The notes below the pieces were generated by a model. That model was not told where the DNA came from and did no database searches. It worked only from the letters and a program-made list of their open reading frames with translations. The position numbers were made by a program, and so were the translations under genes. From Bryobacterales bacterium (lineage in GTDB: Bacteria; Acidobacteriota; Terriglobia; Bryobacterales; UBA6623), in the NCBI GenBank assembly GCA_963422375.2, contig OY729428.2, positions 2,816,001 through 2,880,000 of the forward strand: a stretch of DNA of 64,000 bases, written 5' to 3'. The stretch's first letter is position 1, and every line of letters starts with the position of its first letter. Shown in pieces: positions 1-9,291 of the stretch.

Positions 1-1425
1 GACTGTCCAACACGCCAGCCCGCTGCCATGGCTAGTCTCTTCCACGAAGCGCCCGTACTCCTCCTGCGTCACCTCGTACACTCCCACCGCCAACGGCCCA
101 CTGATCGTCACACGGCGCTGAGGCCCTTCGTCGTTTTGCCTGCCGTCCTCTGTAGACGGAGACCCCATCGTGAACGAGCCCCCGGGCACTACTACCAGTT
201 CCGGACAGCCTTCGCAATCGTCGCGGAAGCGGTCCCCCGCGCGCAGGGGTGGCCGCAATCCGCGAATGAGAACCTTGGCTTGGTCCAGCAGCGGCTTGGC
301 CCGCGGAACCCCCTCGTACTTCTCGACGAAGGCATTCAGAGCCTTCAAGTTCTGGCTCTGCTCCACCATTGGCCACACTTGCTGCGCTTCCTCTGCAAGC
401 CGTTGCTGCTCCCGGCCCGATTCCGCCGCAGCGCGTTCCCCGCGCAGCTTCTCGCGAAGCGCTTCTGCGAGAGGCAGGACGATCTTGGCCTCGTCCTTGC
501 CCTTCCACCTCTCGATAAACTCATCCACCTTGCTCTCGCTGTCGGATCCGCTTAATAGCTTCCATTCTTCAAGCGCCGTCAATTCCCTTGAAGGCGGCGG
601 CACCGGATCGGCACCTGTTCCGGCGGGTGCACCGCGCAGATAGACCTTTCCGATCAGATCTTCATAGATCGCCGGATTCTGCTGCTTTCCCGAGGCAGCG
701 TACACTGCCGCCTTCGTGCGTTGGAAGGCTTCTCGTAACTCTACTACATCACGCTGGAGTTCCGGCAAGAAATGGGTAATATAGGTTCCGAACTCGTCTC
801 TGGAAGCGCCGCTTTCCATTCTGTTATTCCCCGTCGGGTACGCGATCAGGGTGCCTTCAGAACCCGCGCTCATCGCCGCCAGCCCAGCTACCATGCTCCC
901 GTCCTCCAGAAACGGATTGTCACGGCAAGCATCTAGCACGAGCACTCGTACGCGAGCGCTGGCCTCCAGCAAGTTGCGAACCGCGTCTGCCGACAGCGCG
1001 GCATCGGGCACCTTCGTCGCTGGGGTCTGGCCGTAGTCCGCCGGAAGAAGGTAGTTCCTACCATCGGCCTGCAACCCGTGTCCGGAGAACCAGAAGAACG
1101 CCAAGTCGTCGCCCTGCAACTCGCTACTGAAGTCCCTCACCGCACGGTCCATCTCCCGCAGGCTCAAGTTCTCGAGCCTTGTCACGCTGAATCCGAGTCC
1201 GCGCAATGCGCCCTCCAGCGCGCGCACTTCCGCGGTCGTGCTCTTCAGCGGCAGGGCCATCTCATAGGCGGCGTTGCCGATGACCAATGCCTTCCTCCCC
1301 GCTACGGCAACCGGCTGGAGCGCCCCATCCTGCGCCTCAAGCAACACCTGCGGCAGCGCAACGCCCAGCAGAGCTGCGGCCACGATGGTTCCGTGACAGA
1401 TCGATCGACGGTTGCAACAGGTCAT
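1..1425 (-). CDS. Caspase-like peptidase C14 domain + helical repeat linker + FGE-sulfatase/CLec domain protein (3' end outside window)
   Basis: Manual translation (not in the ORF track because there is no stop in the window). ATG at 1425 follows a GAGGAAG RBS. Hydrophobic N-terminus MTCCNRRSICHGTIVAAALLGVALPQVLLEAQ; then RKALVIGNAAY, FWFSGHG (catalytic His) and LVLDACR (catalytic Cys); then RFRDDCEGCPELVVVPGGSFTMGS...EGPQRRVTISGPLAVGVYEVT, homologous to the two DGR targets. Confidence 0.9.
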   Translation of the reverse strand, partial: MTCCNRRSICHGTIVAAALLGVALPQVLLEAQDGALQPVAVAGRKALVIGNAAYEMALPLKSTTAEVRALEGALRGLGFSVTRLENLSLREMDRAVRDFSSELQGDDLAFFWFSGHGLQADGRNYLLPADYGQTPATKVPDAALSADAVRNLLEASARVRVLVLDACRDNPFLEDGSMVAGLAAMSAGSEGTLIAYPTGNNRMESGASRDEFGTYITHFLPELQRDVVELREAFQRTKAAVYAASGKQQNPAIYEDLIGKVYLRGAPAGTGADPVPPPSRELTALEEWKLLSGSDSESKVDEFIERWKGKDEAKIVLPLAEALREKLRGERAAAESGREQQRLAEEAQQVWPMVEQSQNLKALNAFVEKYEGVPRAKPLLDQAKVLIRGLRPPLRAGDRFRDDCEGCPELVVVPGGSFTMGSPSTEDGRQNDEGPQRRVTISGPLAVGVYEVTQEEYGRFVEETSHGSGLACWTV

Positions 1426-2140
1426 CGCTTCCTCGTCACGTCTATGCTACCGCACTCTGCCCTGAGACTACGGGGCTCTGCCCCTGCCTCGAACTCGGAC
1501 ACGCACTGGCAGGTTAGGCAGTTGGCAATGGAGCTTGGCTCGGATCCGCATGAGCGATACGTCGCCTGTCGCGCCACCATGTAGCACTCAGGCGTTGGGG
1601 CGCCACACGAGACAGCCCACTCGCGCGCCGCTGCACACCTCGACGTCTCCGCCGCCGCGTCCGCCAACGGAGGACACGAAGTCTTGATCGAGTGCCGCCG
1701 TCGCATAGTCCCGTGCAGGCACGAGTTCGCCAAGGGGATCGAGCATCTGACGCTGAGCGACAGTCCACTGAGGTTTCAGTCGAAGCTCATCTTGGACAGT
1801 CTGAATCTTGCGAGACGACCTCTCAGACCGACGTGACGCTGTGACCTCGGGCGGGACTCAGGGCGCTGCTCCCCGCTGCAACGCCATGCCGCGGGCGACG
1901 GTGCATCGACCGTGGGCGCCTGCCGACGAGACGATGCACAAAGCCGTCGGCATTTTCGACCGGGAGAGCATCGGTCTCCGAGATTGCGAGCTACGCGTCG
2001 AGGAAACCTATCTCAGTTCTCGACCGATGACCGCGACAAAAAACCTAGAGCATCGACAGCTCTCGGAGGAAATCAATGAGATCGAGTGCGCCGACCAATA
2101 TCCCATCCAGCCTAGGGCCTACCGATATTCCATGAAGGAA

Positions 2141-2306
2141 TCCATCGCATAGGTTACGTCGGCGGCGAGATACGAAATGTCTTCGCACATAAGAAATGGT
2201 CGCGAACCGAGAGCACGTGCTTCCCCTTCAGGAAGTCGCACAAGAGCTGGCTATTGTAGGTGCCAAGCACGCGATCGAAGCGCATTGCAATGACTCTGGC
2301 TAGCAT
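2141..2306 (-). pseudogene. Truncated, frameshifted copy of the 5' part of the DGR HRDC accessory gene
   Basis: MLARVIAMRFDRVLGTYNSQLLCDFLKGKHVLSVRDHF matches 31899-32065. There is a 1-nt deletion and homology stops at about 2141. Confidence 0.85.
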
Positions 2307-2325
2307 TGTCCCTCTTCGGTGGCCT

Positions 2326-2401
2326 GCGGCTTGGCTGCGATCGTGCCGTTCGGTCCGGTCTGCTTCGCGCCCGTCTCTTCGGCCCGCCTCCGCCAAGCCG
2401 C
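2326..2401 (-). repeat. Inverted repeat downstream of VR-B (candidate DGR homing hairpin)
   Basis: GCGGCTTGGC (2326-2335) / GCCAAGCCGC (2392-2401). The same arms occur downstream of VR-A although the loop sequence has diverged. Confidence 0.6.
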
Positions 2402-2436
2402 TTCTGCAAAGAGAAATAGGGTAACAGCGCAAAGGG

Positions 2437-4359
2437 CTAGGGAATTGTCCTCAGTACGCGGAAGCCCAGGACGCTGTTGCGGTCGCCGGGGCTGAGCCTG
2501 AAGCGGTACGCCGACCGGCCGTACCGCGGACCGTCGCCCCAGCTGCCGCCCCGAAGGACCCGGTCGGAGCCCGTAGCGGGGCCTCGCGGATCTGTCGCAG
2601 CGCCGCTCGGGTAGGACCCGTACCAGTCCTGCACCCACTCCCATACATTTCCGTGTACGTCGTGCAAGCCGAAAGCGTTTCGACTGAATGACCCCACCGG
2701 AGCCGTATGCACGTAGCCGTCCCGACACGGCGCGACCCCGGCCCAACGGTAGTGGTCCGCTCCGACTTGGTCTGCCATGTTTCCGTACCCGCAGGTCCGC
2801 GTGTAGTCCGGATCATCGCCATAGGAGAAGCGGGTCTCCGATGTCCCCCGAGCCACGTACTCCCACTCCGCCTCGGTCGGCAACCGATACTTCTCGCCTG
2901 TCTTCCCCGACAGCCACTTCACGTACGCCTGAGCATCGTTCCAAGACACACACACCGCGGGCTCCTGCCGACCCTGGCGGAACCCGGGATTCGTCCACGA
3001 TCGCCCGGTGCGAGCATCCCATTCCCCGCTCTCGTGAGTCCGGCACGCCGACCCGCCGTCATGGCCGGCGTCATCCACGAATCGCCCGTACTGCTCCTTC
3101 GTCACTTCGTACACTCCTACCGCCAGCGGGCCGCTGATTGTCACGCGGCGACGAGGCCCCTCATCGTCCTCCCGGTCATTCTCATACGCCGGCGACCCCA
3201 TCATGAATGAGCCCCCGTCCACCACCACCATCTCCGGACAGCTATCGCAGTCCCGAAAACGGTCCCCATCCAGGCCTGGACGCAATCCACGTAGACTCCT
3301 CTCCGGCACTCCAAGGACCACTGCCAGCAACGTCGCAGCGACGGTCCCCGTCACCAGCGCTACCAGCCACCGCGCGGTCGAGCGAGACCGGTCTGGATGC
3401 ACATTAGAGCGCTCTTCGGCGACGCGCCCCGACCCCTGCAGGAGCCCCACGAGGTCCGCGCAGTCCTGTACTCGGTCCTCCTCCCTCAATTCAAGGCATC
3501 GGTCAATCGCCGTGAGAATCCGCTCCGGGAACCGCCCTGCTCCCACCTCTCGCGCCGGCGGCAGTGGGTCCGCTTGGCCCCGCAAGAACGCGGTCAGCCG
3601 CGCCTCCACCTTCACCGGCTGCCGGGATACTGACTCCACCGCCCCTCCGGCGACCATCCGCCACATCACCGCCCCGACCGCGTACAAGTCCGTCCACGGC
3701 CCCAGCTTCCCTTGCCCAACCTGCTCGATCGCCGCGAAGCCTTCCGTGTAAGGGGCGTAAGTCCGCGACACTCCAGCGAGCGTCTGCTTCGCCGCACCGA
3801 AGTCGATCAGCACCGGTCGCTCCGCCTCCTGCCGAATCAGGATGTTGCTGGGCTTGATGTCCCGGTGCAACACGCCAGCTTCGTGGACCGCCTTCAGCCC
3901 TCCCAGCAGCGGAACGATCACCGCCAGCAGGTCAGCCTCGCCGAACGGCCTCCGCGCACGCTCCCGCAGCGCCAGCAAGTTCGCCAGCGACATGCCTTCC
4001 ACGTAATCCATCACGAGGTAAGCCGTGCCGTTCTCCCGGAAGAAATCCCTGCACGTCACGACGCTGGGGACGTCCTTGAATTCGGTCAGGCGCTTCGCTT
4101 CCTCGAGGAACCTATGCAGGCCCTCCGCGAAGTCCTCCCTGCCAGCCTTGCTCCTCGGATGCACCATGCCGTCCTCGCGGACGGACAGCTCGGCGGGGAA
4201 ATACTCCTTGATCGCAACGAGGGATCCAAGGTCCCGGTGCAGCGCCTTGTAGACGATGCCGAAACCGCCGTGCCCCAGCTGCGCCTGCACCTCGTACACG
4301 CTATTGAGAAGCAGGCTGCCCGCCGGCAGCGCGACACGGGTGGGGTCTTCGCCGCCCAT
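2437..4359 (-). CDS. DGR remote target B: Ser/Thr protein kinase - TM - FGE/CLec domain with C-terminal variable repeat
   Basis: Kinase motifs GHGGFG, VAIKE, HRDIKPSN, DFG; TM segment WLVALVTGTVAATLLAVVLGVP; FGE motifs RLPTEAEWEY, GNVWEW, RGGSW, GFRV. Confidence 0.95.
   Translation of the reverse strand: MGGEDPTRVALPAGSLLLNSVYEVQAQLGHGGFGIVYKALHRDLGSLVAIKEYFPAELSVREDGMVHPRSKAGREDFAEGLHRFLEEAKRLTEFKDVPSVVTCRDFFRENGTAYLVMDYVEGMSLANLLALRERARRPFGEADLLAVIVPLLGGLKAVHEAGVLHRDIKPSNILIRQEAERPVLIDFGAAKQTLAGVSRTYAPYTEGFAAIEQVGQGKLGPWTDLYAVGAVMWRMVAGGAVESVSRQPVKVEARLTAFLRGQADPLPPAREVGAGRFPERILTAIDRCLELREEDRVQDCADLVGLLQGSGRVAEERSNVHPDRSRSTARWLVALVTGTVAATLLAVVLGVPERSLRGLRPGLDGDRFRDCDSCPEMVVVDGGSFMMGSPAYENDREDDEGPRRRVTISGPLAVGVYEVTKEQYGRFVDDAGHDGGSACRTHESGEWDARTGRSWTNPGFRQGRQEPAVCVSWNDAQAYVKWLSGKTGEKYRLPTEAEWEYVARGTSETRFSYGDDPDYTRTCGYGNMADQVGADHYRWAGVAPCRDGYVHTAPVGSFSRNAFGLHDVHGNVWEWVQDWYGSYPSGAATDPRGPATGSDRVLRGGSWGDGPRYGRSAYRFRLSPGDRNSVLGFRVLRTIP
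2450..2571 (-). repeat. DGR variable repeat VR-B
   Basis: 122-nt ungapped match to TR 30015-30136 with 19 mismatches, 17 at TR adenines. Confidence 0.95.
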
Positions 4360-5225
4360 GGAGAATGAGTGCTCTTCCTAATCGCGTCGCGACCTTGCCC
4401 GTTTCGAGGCGCAGCGCGAACGGAACTTGAATATACCGAATCCAACCTAATTCCCAGCTACTTGCGAAGTAGGTGGCTCGAACTGCCTGCGTGCGTTGGA
4501 AGGCGATTGGCTCACGGCGCCCATGCAGCAGAATCGTCTCATTCGACATGCCAAGACATGAGAACGCGGGAGTCGATGCGCGGCGCATACGAACGGCATC
4601 GAGTCGTTTTGGTCCCTGTTCAAGCGCGGCCTGTACGGAACCTATCACCGGATGAGCGTCCGTCATCTCGGCCGCTACCTCACGGAGTTCGCGGGACGGC
4701 GCAACGACCGCGACTGCGACACGGCGGAACGGATGCGGCGCATGGCGCGGGGCCTGGTCGGCCGGACGCTGACCTGCCGGCAGCTGACCGGCAAGGCCGC
4801 GGTCGCGGCCCGAGCGGCGCCCGCCGCGCCGAGCGCGGCAGCCCGCTGCGGGCGCGCTCTTCACGCTCGGTACGAGGGGCGCACCGGATCCGGCATGCCC
4901 CGGCGCGACCCCGGTCCGGTCCGGACCGTCCATGCAGGCCGTCGAGCGCCGGGGATCCGCTGTCTTCGGCCCTCGCAGGGCCTGCAAGCGGCTTGCAAGG
5001 CGTGCCCTGCCACCGCCAACCGGGTTTCACCGGGGCAACCGGGGCATGCGAGGCGGCCTCTCTAGTCCCTTCCTCGTCCAATCCGCTGGCAGGCTCGATT
5101 CACATACGATCCCACCCCCCACCCCTCTGTGCCCGCCGCGGCCGCACTCGCATGACCCCAGCTCGACACCCACCTCCCTGCTCACAGCAGTTCTAGGCCG
5201 ACATGGCGTTGTCGGCACTCAGATA

Positions 5226-6788
5226 GAGCCTTTTGCAAAAATCCCGAGCTAATAGCATTATCATTTAGTTAGTCTATTAAGTATTCGATATAATCAATGG
5301 AATAGAACTGAAGTAAATGTAGTTTTAATGGCTTGTCTGCGTTTTGAGTTTCCTGACAATCCCTTGCCCTCCGTGCTATTATTGTAATGCAAGCCTAGTA
5401 AACAGCTGGCAGGATTCAACGAATATGTCCTTGATAGAAACCGTATCCGCGTACTGGTTCACGTTCCAGCAGGGGCTGTTCCCCTGGCTCCAGCAGGAAC
5501 TCGGCCCCCTCGGCGAGCGCTACCGCAGCTTCGTTCAAGCGGTGGAACTGGCGCAGGTCGAGGACTGCCTGCCCGTCGGGCAGGGCGGCCGCGGCCGCCC
5601 CCGCGCAAGCCGCGCCGCCATGGCGCGCGCCTGCATCGCCAAGGCCGTCTTCGACCAGCCCGCTACGCGCTCGCCGGTCGAGCGCCTGCAGACCGATCAC
5701 ACCCTGCGCCGACTGTGCGGCTGGGACCTGGCCGGGGCCGTGCCCGGCGAGGCAACCTTCTCGCGCGCCTGCGCCGAGTTCGCCGCCGGCGAACTGCCCG
5801 GACGCTTGCACCAGGCGCTGCTCGCGCGGACGCTCGACGGCCGCTTGGCAGGGCACGTCTCCCGCGACTCGACCGCCATCGAGGGCCGCGAGCGGCCCGC
5901 CGGGAAGCCCGCGCCGGAGCCGAAACGCAAGCGCGGGCGCCCTCGCAAGGGCGAGCAGCGGCCGCCCGCTCCGCGCCGACTGGCGCGGCAGCCCGACATG
6001 AATCTCGAAGCAATGCTGCACGACCTGCCGCAGGGCTGCGATACCGGCACCAAGCGCAACGCCAAGGGCCGTACCGTCAGCTGGCGCGGCTACAAGCTGC
6101 CTATCGACGCGATCGACGGCGGGATCCCGGTCAGCTGCCTGCTCACCGCGGCTTCGCTGCACGACAGCCAGGCCGCGATCAGGCCGCGATCCCGCTGGCG
6201 ACACGGACCGCGGGCCGCGTCGACAACCTGTACGACCGGATGGACAGCGCGCGCGACGCGGCCGGGATCCGGGCCTTCAGCAAGCGGCTCGGGCACGTGC
6301 CGATCATTGATGTCAACCCGCGCGGCCGGACGGAGCTGCAGGCGGATCTGGCACGGGAGGCCAAGGCGCTGCGCAGCGCCGGGCGGGCGGAGCCCGCCAA
6401 GCTGCGCTACCGCGAGCGCTCGACGGTGGAGCGTGTCAACGGCCGCCTGAAGGACGATTGCGGCGGGCGCCACGTGCGCGTCCGCGGCCACGGCAAGGTG
6501 GCCACGGCAAGGTGCTGTGCCACCTCCTGTTCGGCGTGCTCGCGCTGACGGTGGAGCAGCTCCTGCGCCTGGCGCTCCGAGAGCCCGGGCCGCCGGGACA
6601 GCCGCGAAGAGCGCCCGCCCGCAGGGCCGCGCCGGGAGAGCTGCGCCTGCACCGGGCCGCTCCTCGCAGGAGCGCCCCGCAGCCGAGCAAGCCCAGCTGC
6701 AGGGGGTCTTTTTCGGCGAGAATAACAGCCCGGAAACTAGTCGTTCATGGGGCGGTCAGCCCTCTTTTCTGAATTTTGCAAAAGGCTC
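5226..6788 (+). mobile_element. IS4/IS5-like DDE insertion sequence (1563 bp)
   Basis: 15-bp perfect TIR GAGCCTTTTGCAAAA at both ends; 5-bp direct repeat AGATA at 5221-5225 and 6789-6793. Exact family assignment uncertain. Confidence 0.9.
5425..6772 (+). pseudogene. DDE transposase with two frameshifts
   Basis: Motifs SRDSTAIE, GYKL, SLHDSQAA, YRERSTVERVNGRLKD are split over three frames by tandem duplications at 6170-6191 (11 nt) and 6487-6514 (14 nt). Confidence 0.85.
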
Positions 6789-6945
6789 AGATATATAATT
6801 CCCTTTCGAATCAATGCGCCTCAATGCGCCGTATCTTGACAGGAACGGAGCGCTTCGGGCTCTCGCTCCCGATGCCCTGTCAGCGGCCGACGGTCAGCTT
6901 ACTGGAACCTCGCCGACGCGCGGAGTCGAGGCGTCACAGGGCCAA

Positions 6946-7806
6946 TCACTCAGTCCAGTCCTTCGGCAGCGGAGGGGCCAGCTTCAGGCGTCGCAGGACT
7001 CGATACGGAAACCGGCGCAACTCGCGGCTCATCCTGCTCTCTACCCTTGCGTGCCGCGATTCCACTTCCGCGACCCATGCGTCGAGCTTGCTGATATGCA
7101 GTTCCCGCTCCCGCAGCACGTTTCCGCTCGCGGGGACGTAAGCCAGTGGGGCGAGGGAGGGGAGCGGCTTCATCGAACACATCGCCACGAAGAAGTGCGC
7201 CGACTCCGGCTCGAACGACGGCGCTTCGAAGCTGGCCCGCGCATCCGACGCAGCCGCCGACATGATCGCGACGGCCGGGGCGTGATTCTCGAGGAAGACT
7301 GCGGCATGGGCGAACGCCGCACCGAGGGCCGCCCGGAACTCGTCGTACTCGAATTCATGCACGTGGAACGGATTCGGCTCCTCCCGCGTGGTCCGGTAGT
7401 AGGCGGCGTTCGGTGTCGAGACTAGGAAGAGTCCTGTCGGCACCAGCACGCGGGCAGCTTCGCGCACGAGGCCGACCCATCCCTCGATGTGCTCGATCAC
7501 TTCGAACGCGACGACCAAGTCAAGGGAATCGTCGGCGAATGGCAGGGCCGTGCAATCGCCTCGGACGAAGCGCACGGCCGGGTAATTGGAACGGCCGTGG
7601 CGAACCGCCTCGGCTGCATTGTCGAGTGCGTAGGCCTTCGCGCCCGCGCCCGCGAGCCGCCCCGCGCCGTAACCCGTCCCGCACCCCGCGTCCAGAACAC
7701 GCCGCCCCGCTGCCAGCGGCTCGGCGAAGCAGTAGCGAGCAACATGCTCGTTCCGCAGGTCCGGGTCGCTCGCCTCGAGAACCAGACGCTCGCCGGTCGG
7801 ATCCAC
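6946..7806 (-). CDS. Class I SAM-dependent methyltransferase
   Basis: TGERL, VLDAGCGTGYG, LPFADDSLDLVVAFEVIEH, STPN motifs. Confidence 0.9.
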   Translation of the reverse strand: MDPTGERLVLEASDPDLRNEHVARYCFAEPLAAGRRVLDAGCGTGYGAGRLAGAGAKAYALDNAAEAVRHGRSNYPAVRFVRGDCTALPFADDSLDLVVAFEVIEHIEGWVGLVREAARVLVPTGLFLVSTPNAAYYRTTREEPNPFHVHEFEYDEFRAALGAAFAHAAVFLENHAPAVAIMSAAASDARASFEAPSFEPESAHFFVAMCSMKPLPSLAPLAYVPASGNVLRERELHISKLDAWVAEVESRHARVESRMSRELRRFPYRVLRRLKLAPPLPKDWTE

Positions 7807-7905
7807 CTAGCCCCCTCCTTCCATTAGCGCATCCGAGAACTCAGGCGCACCGACCGGCACCCGAACCGCCATGGGCCGGTCGGGCGCTATTGTAGGGAGA
7901 GGCCT

Positions 7906-8280
7906 TTGGACACTCGCACGAAGATCGTCGAGCGGGCCGCGCTGCTCCCGTCGCAGCCCCGCCCCTGCCTGGCGAAGGGCTGGTTTGACGTCCTAACCGC
8001 CGAGCACTGCTCGCTCCTAGCCGAAGCTAAGGCACGGAACAGACCCTTGGTGGTCTTGGTATATCGCGAAACCGCACGCCGCCCCGCCCCGCTCCGCGGC
8101 TACGACCGCGCCCAGATGGTCGCGGCGCTGGCAGCCGTCGACCGTGTCTGCCTGTGCGAGGAGCCCCAGGCGGATTCGATCGCGGAGGATATGGCCGCAG
8201 TATCCGTGCTCGATGTCGATGCCGTCCAGCAGCGGGACGTGGTTCGCGATGTTCTCGAGCGTCACGTCGACCGCCGGTAG
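7906..8280 (+). CDS. Small nucleotidyltransferase-like protein (RfaE domain II/HldE-like, degenerate HxGH)
   Basis: KGWFDVLTAEH...RAQMVAALAAVDRV resembles GxFDxxHxGH...RAxxLAALxxVDxV; lies upstream of a heptosyltransferase. Confidence 0.6.
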   Translation: MDTRTKIVERAALLPSQPRPCLAKGWFDVLTAEHCSLLAEAKARNRPLVVLVYRETARRPAPLRGYDRAQMVAALAAVDRVCLCEEPQADSIAEDMAAVSVLDVDAVQQRDVVRDVLERHVDRR

Positions 8281-9277
8281 GTCGCCCCGCATCCTGATCG
8301 TGCGCCTCGGCGCCATGGGCGACGTCATCCATACGCTCCCCGCGGCCGCCGACCTGCGTGCAGCCCTACCCGCGGCCCGCATCGCCTGGGCGGTCGAGAC
8401 GCGCTGGAGCTCGCTGCTGCAGGCGAATCCCCATATCGACCGGACGATCCCAGTACCCCTTCGGCGCTGGCGCAAGGCCAGTCTCCGGCGCTCGACCTGG
8501 ACCGAGGCCGGGGAATTCCTGAACGGACTCCGCACGAATTCCTTCGATCTCGCGATCGACTTCCAAGGACTCCTCAAGTCGGCGGCTCTGGCAACTCTGA
8601 GCGGTGCCCGGAGAATCGTCGGATTCGAGCGGGGAATCCTACGGGAGCCCCCGGCCGAGCTCGCATACTCTCGCCGCACGGGCGCGTCGCTCGCCCACGT
8701 CGTAGACCGGTACCGCGAGCTTGCGGCCTTCGCGTCCGGACACCGCCCCGCGGGCCCGGCCGCGTTCGCCCTGCCCGTCGGCGAGCCGAGGGAGGGCCTG
8801 CCCGCGCGCTTCGTCCTCGCCAGCCCCGAAGCCGGCTGGGGCGCGAAAGAGTGGCCACCGGAGTCCTACGCGCGGCTTGCCTCGACACTCTGGAAGGAGC
8901 GCCGCATCCCGCTCGTCGCGGATTGCGCACCGGGCCGGACGCACGTCGCGGAATTGATCCGCCGCATGGCCCCCGCAGGAGCCGTGCTCCCGCACCCCTC
9001 GACGATCCCCCAGCTGATCGGAGCCACACGGGCAGCCGCCGCCGTGGTCGGCGTGGACAGCGGCCCGCTGCACCTAGCCGCGGCGCTCGGCAAGAGCGGC
9101 GTTGCAATCTTCGGGCCGACCGACCCGACCCGCAACGGCCCCTACGGGCGAGGCATCGCGGTCGTTCGCTCCGGCGGCGCCGCCACCACCTACAAGCGCC
9201 GCGACGATCCCAGCGCGTCCATGCAGGCTTGCAGCGAGGCGACGGTCTACGAGGCGCTCGCTCCCTCGCTGGGTTGA
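8249..9277 (+). CDS. waaC: Glycosyltransferase family 9, LPS heptosyltransferase I-like
   Basis: ILIVRLGAMGDVIH, FDLAIDFQGLLKSA, VGVDSGPLHLAAALG, FGPTDP. Start codon uncertain. Confidence 0.8.
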   Translation: MFSSVTSTAGRSPRILIVRLGAMGDVIHTLPAAADLRAALPAARIAWAVETRWSSLLQANPHIDRTIPVPLRRWRKASLRRSTWTEAGEFLNGLRTNSFDLAIDFQGLLKSAALATLSGARRIVGFERGILREPPAELAYSRRTGASLAHVVDRYRELAAFASGHRPAGPAAFALPVGEPREGLPARFVLASPEAGWGAKEWPPESYARLASTLWKERRIPLVADCAPGRTHVAELIRRMAPAGAVLPHPSTIPQLIGATRAAAAVVGVDSGPLHLAAALGKSGVAIFGPTDPTRNGPYGRGIAVVRSGGAATTYKRRDDPSASMQACSEATVYEALAPSLG

Positions 9278-9291
9278 GTAGACTCGTACCC

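Larger units (their letters stand above)
4575..6803 (+). mobile_element. 3' remnant of an IS1595-family element, its right TIR interrupted by a nested IS
   Basis: About 4575-5225 aligns with about 35735-36395 (HTNGIESFWSLFKRG region plus 3' tail). The right TIR GGCACTCAGATATATAATTCCC is restored when 5226-6793 is removed. Left boundary approximate. Confidence 0.85.

Noticed and set aside
1430..2140. Short ORFs between the caspase gene and target B
   Set aside because: No recognisable motifs; probably degraded sequence.
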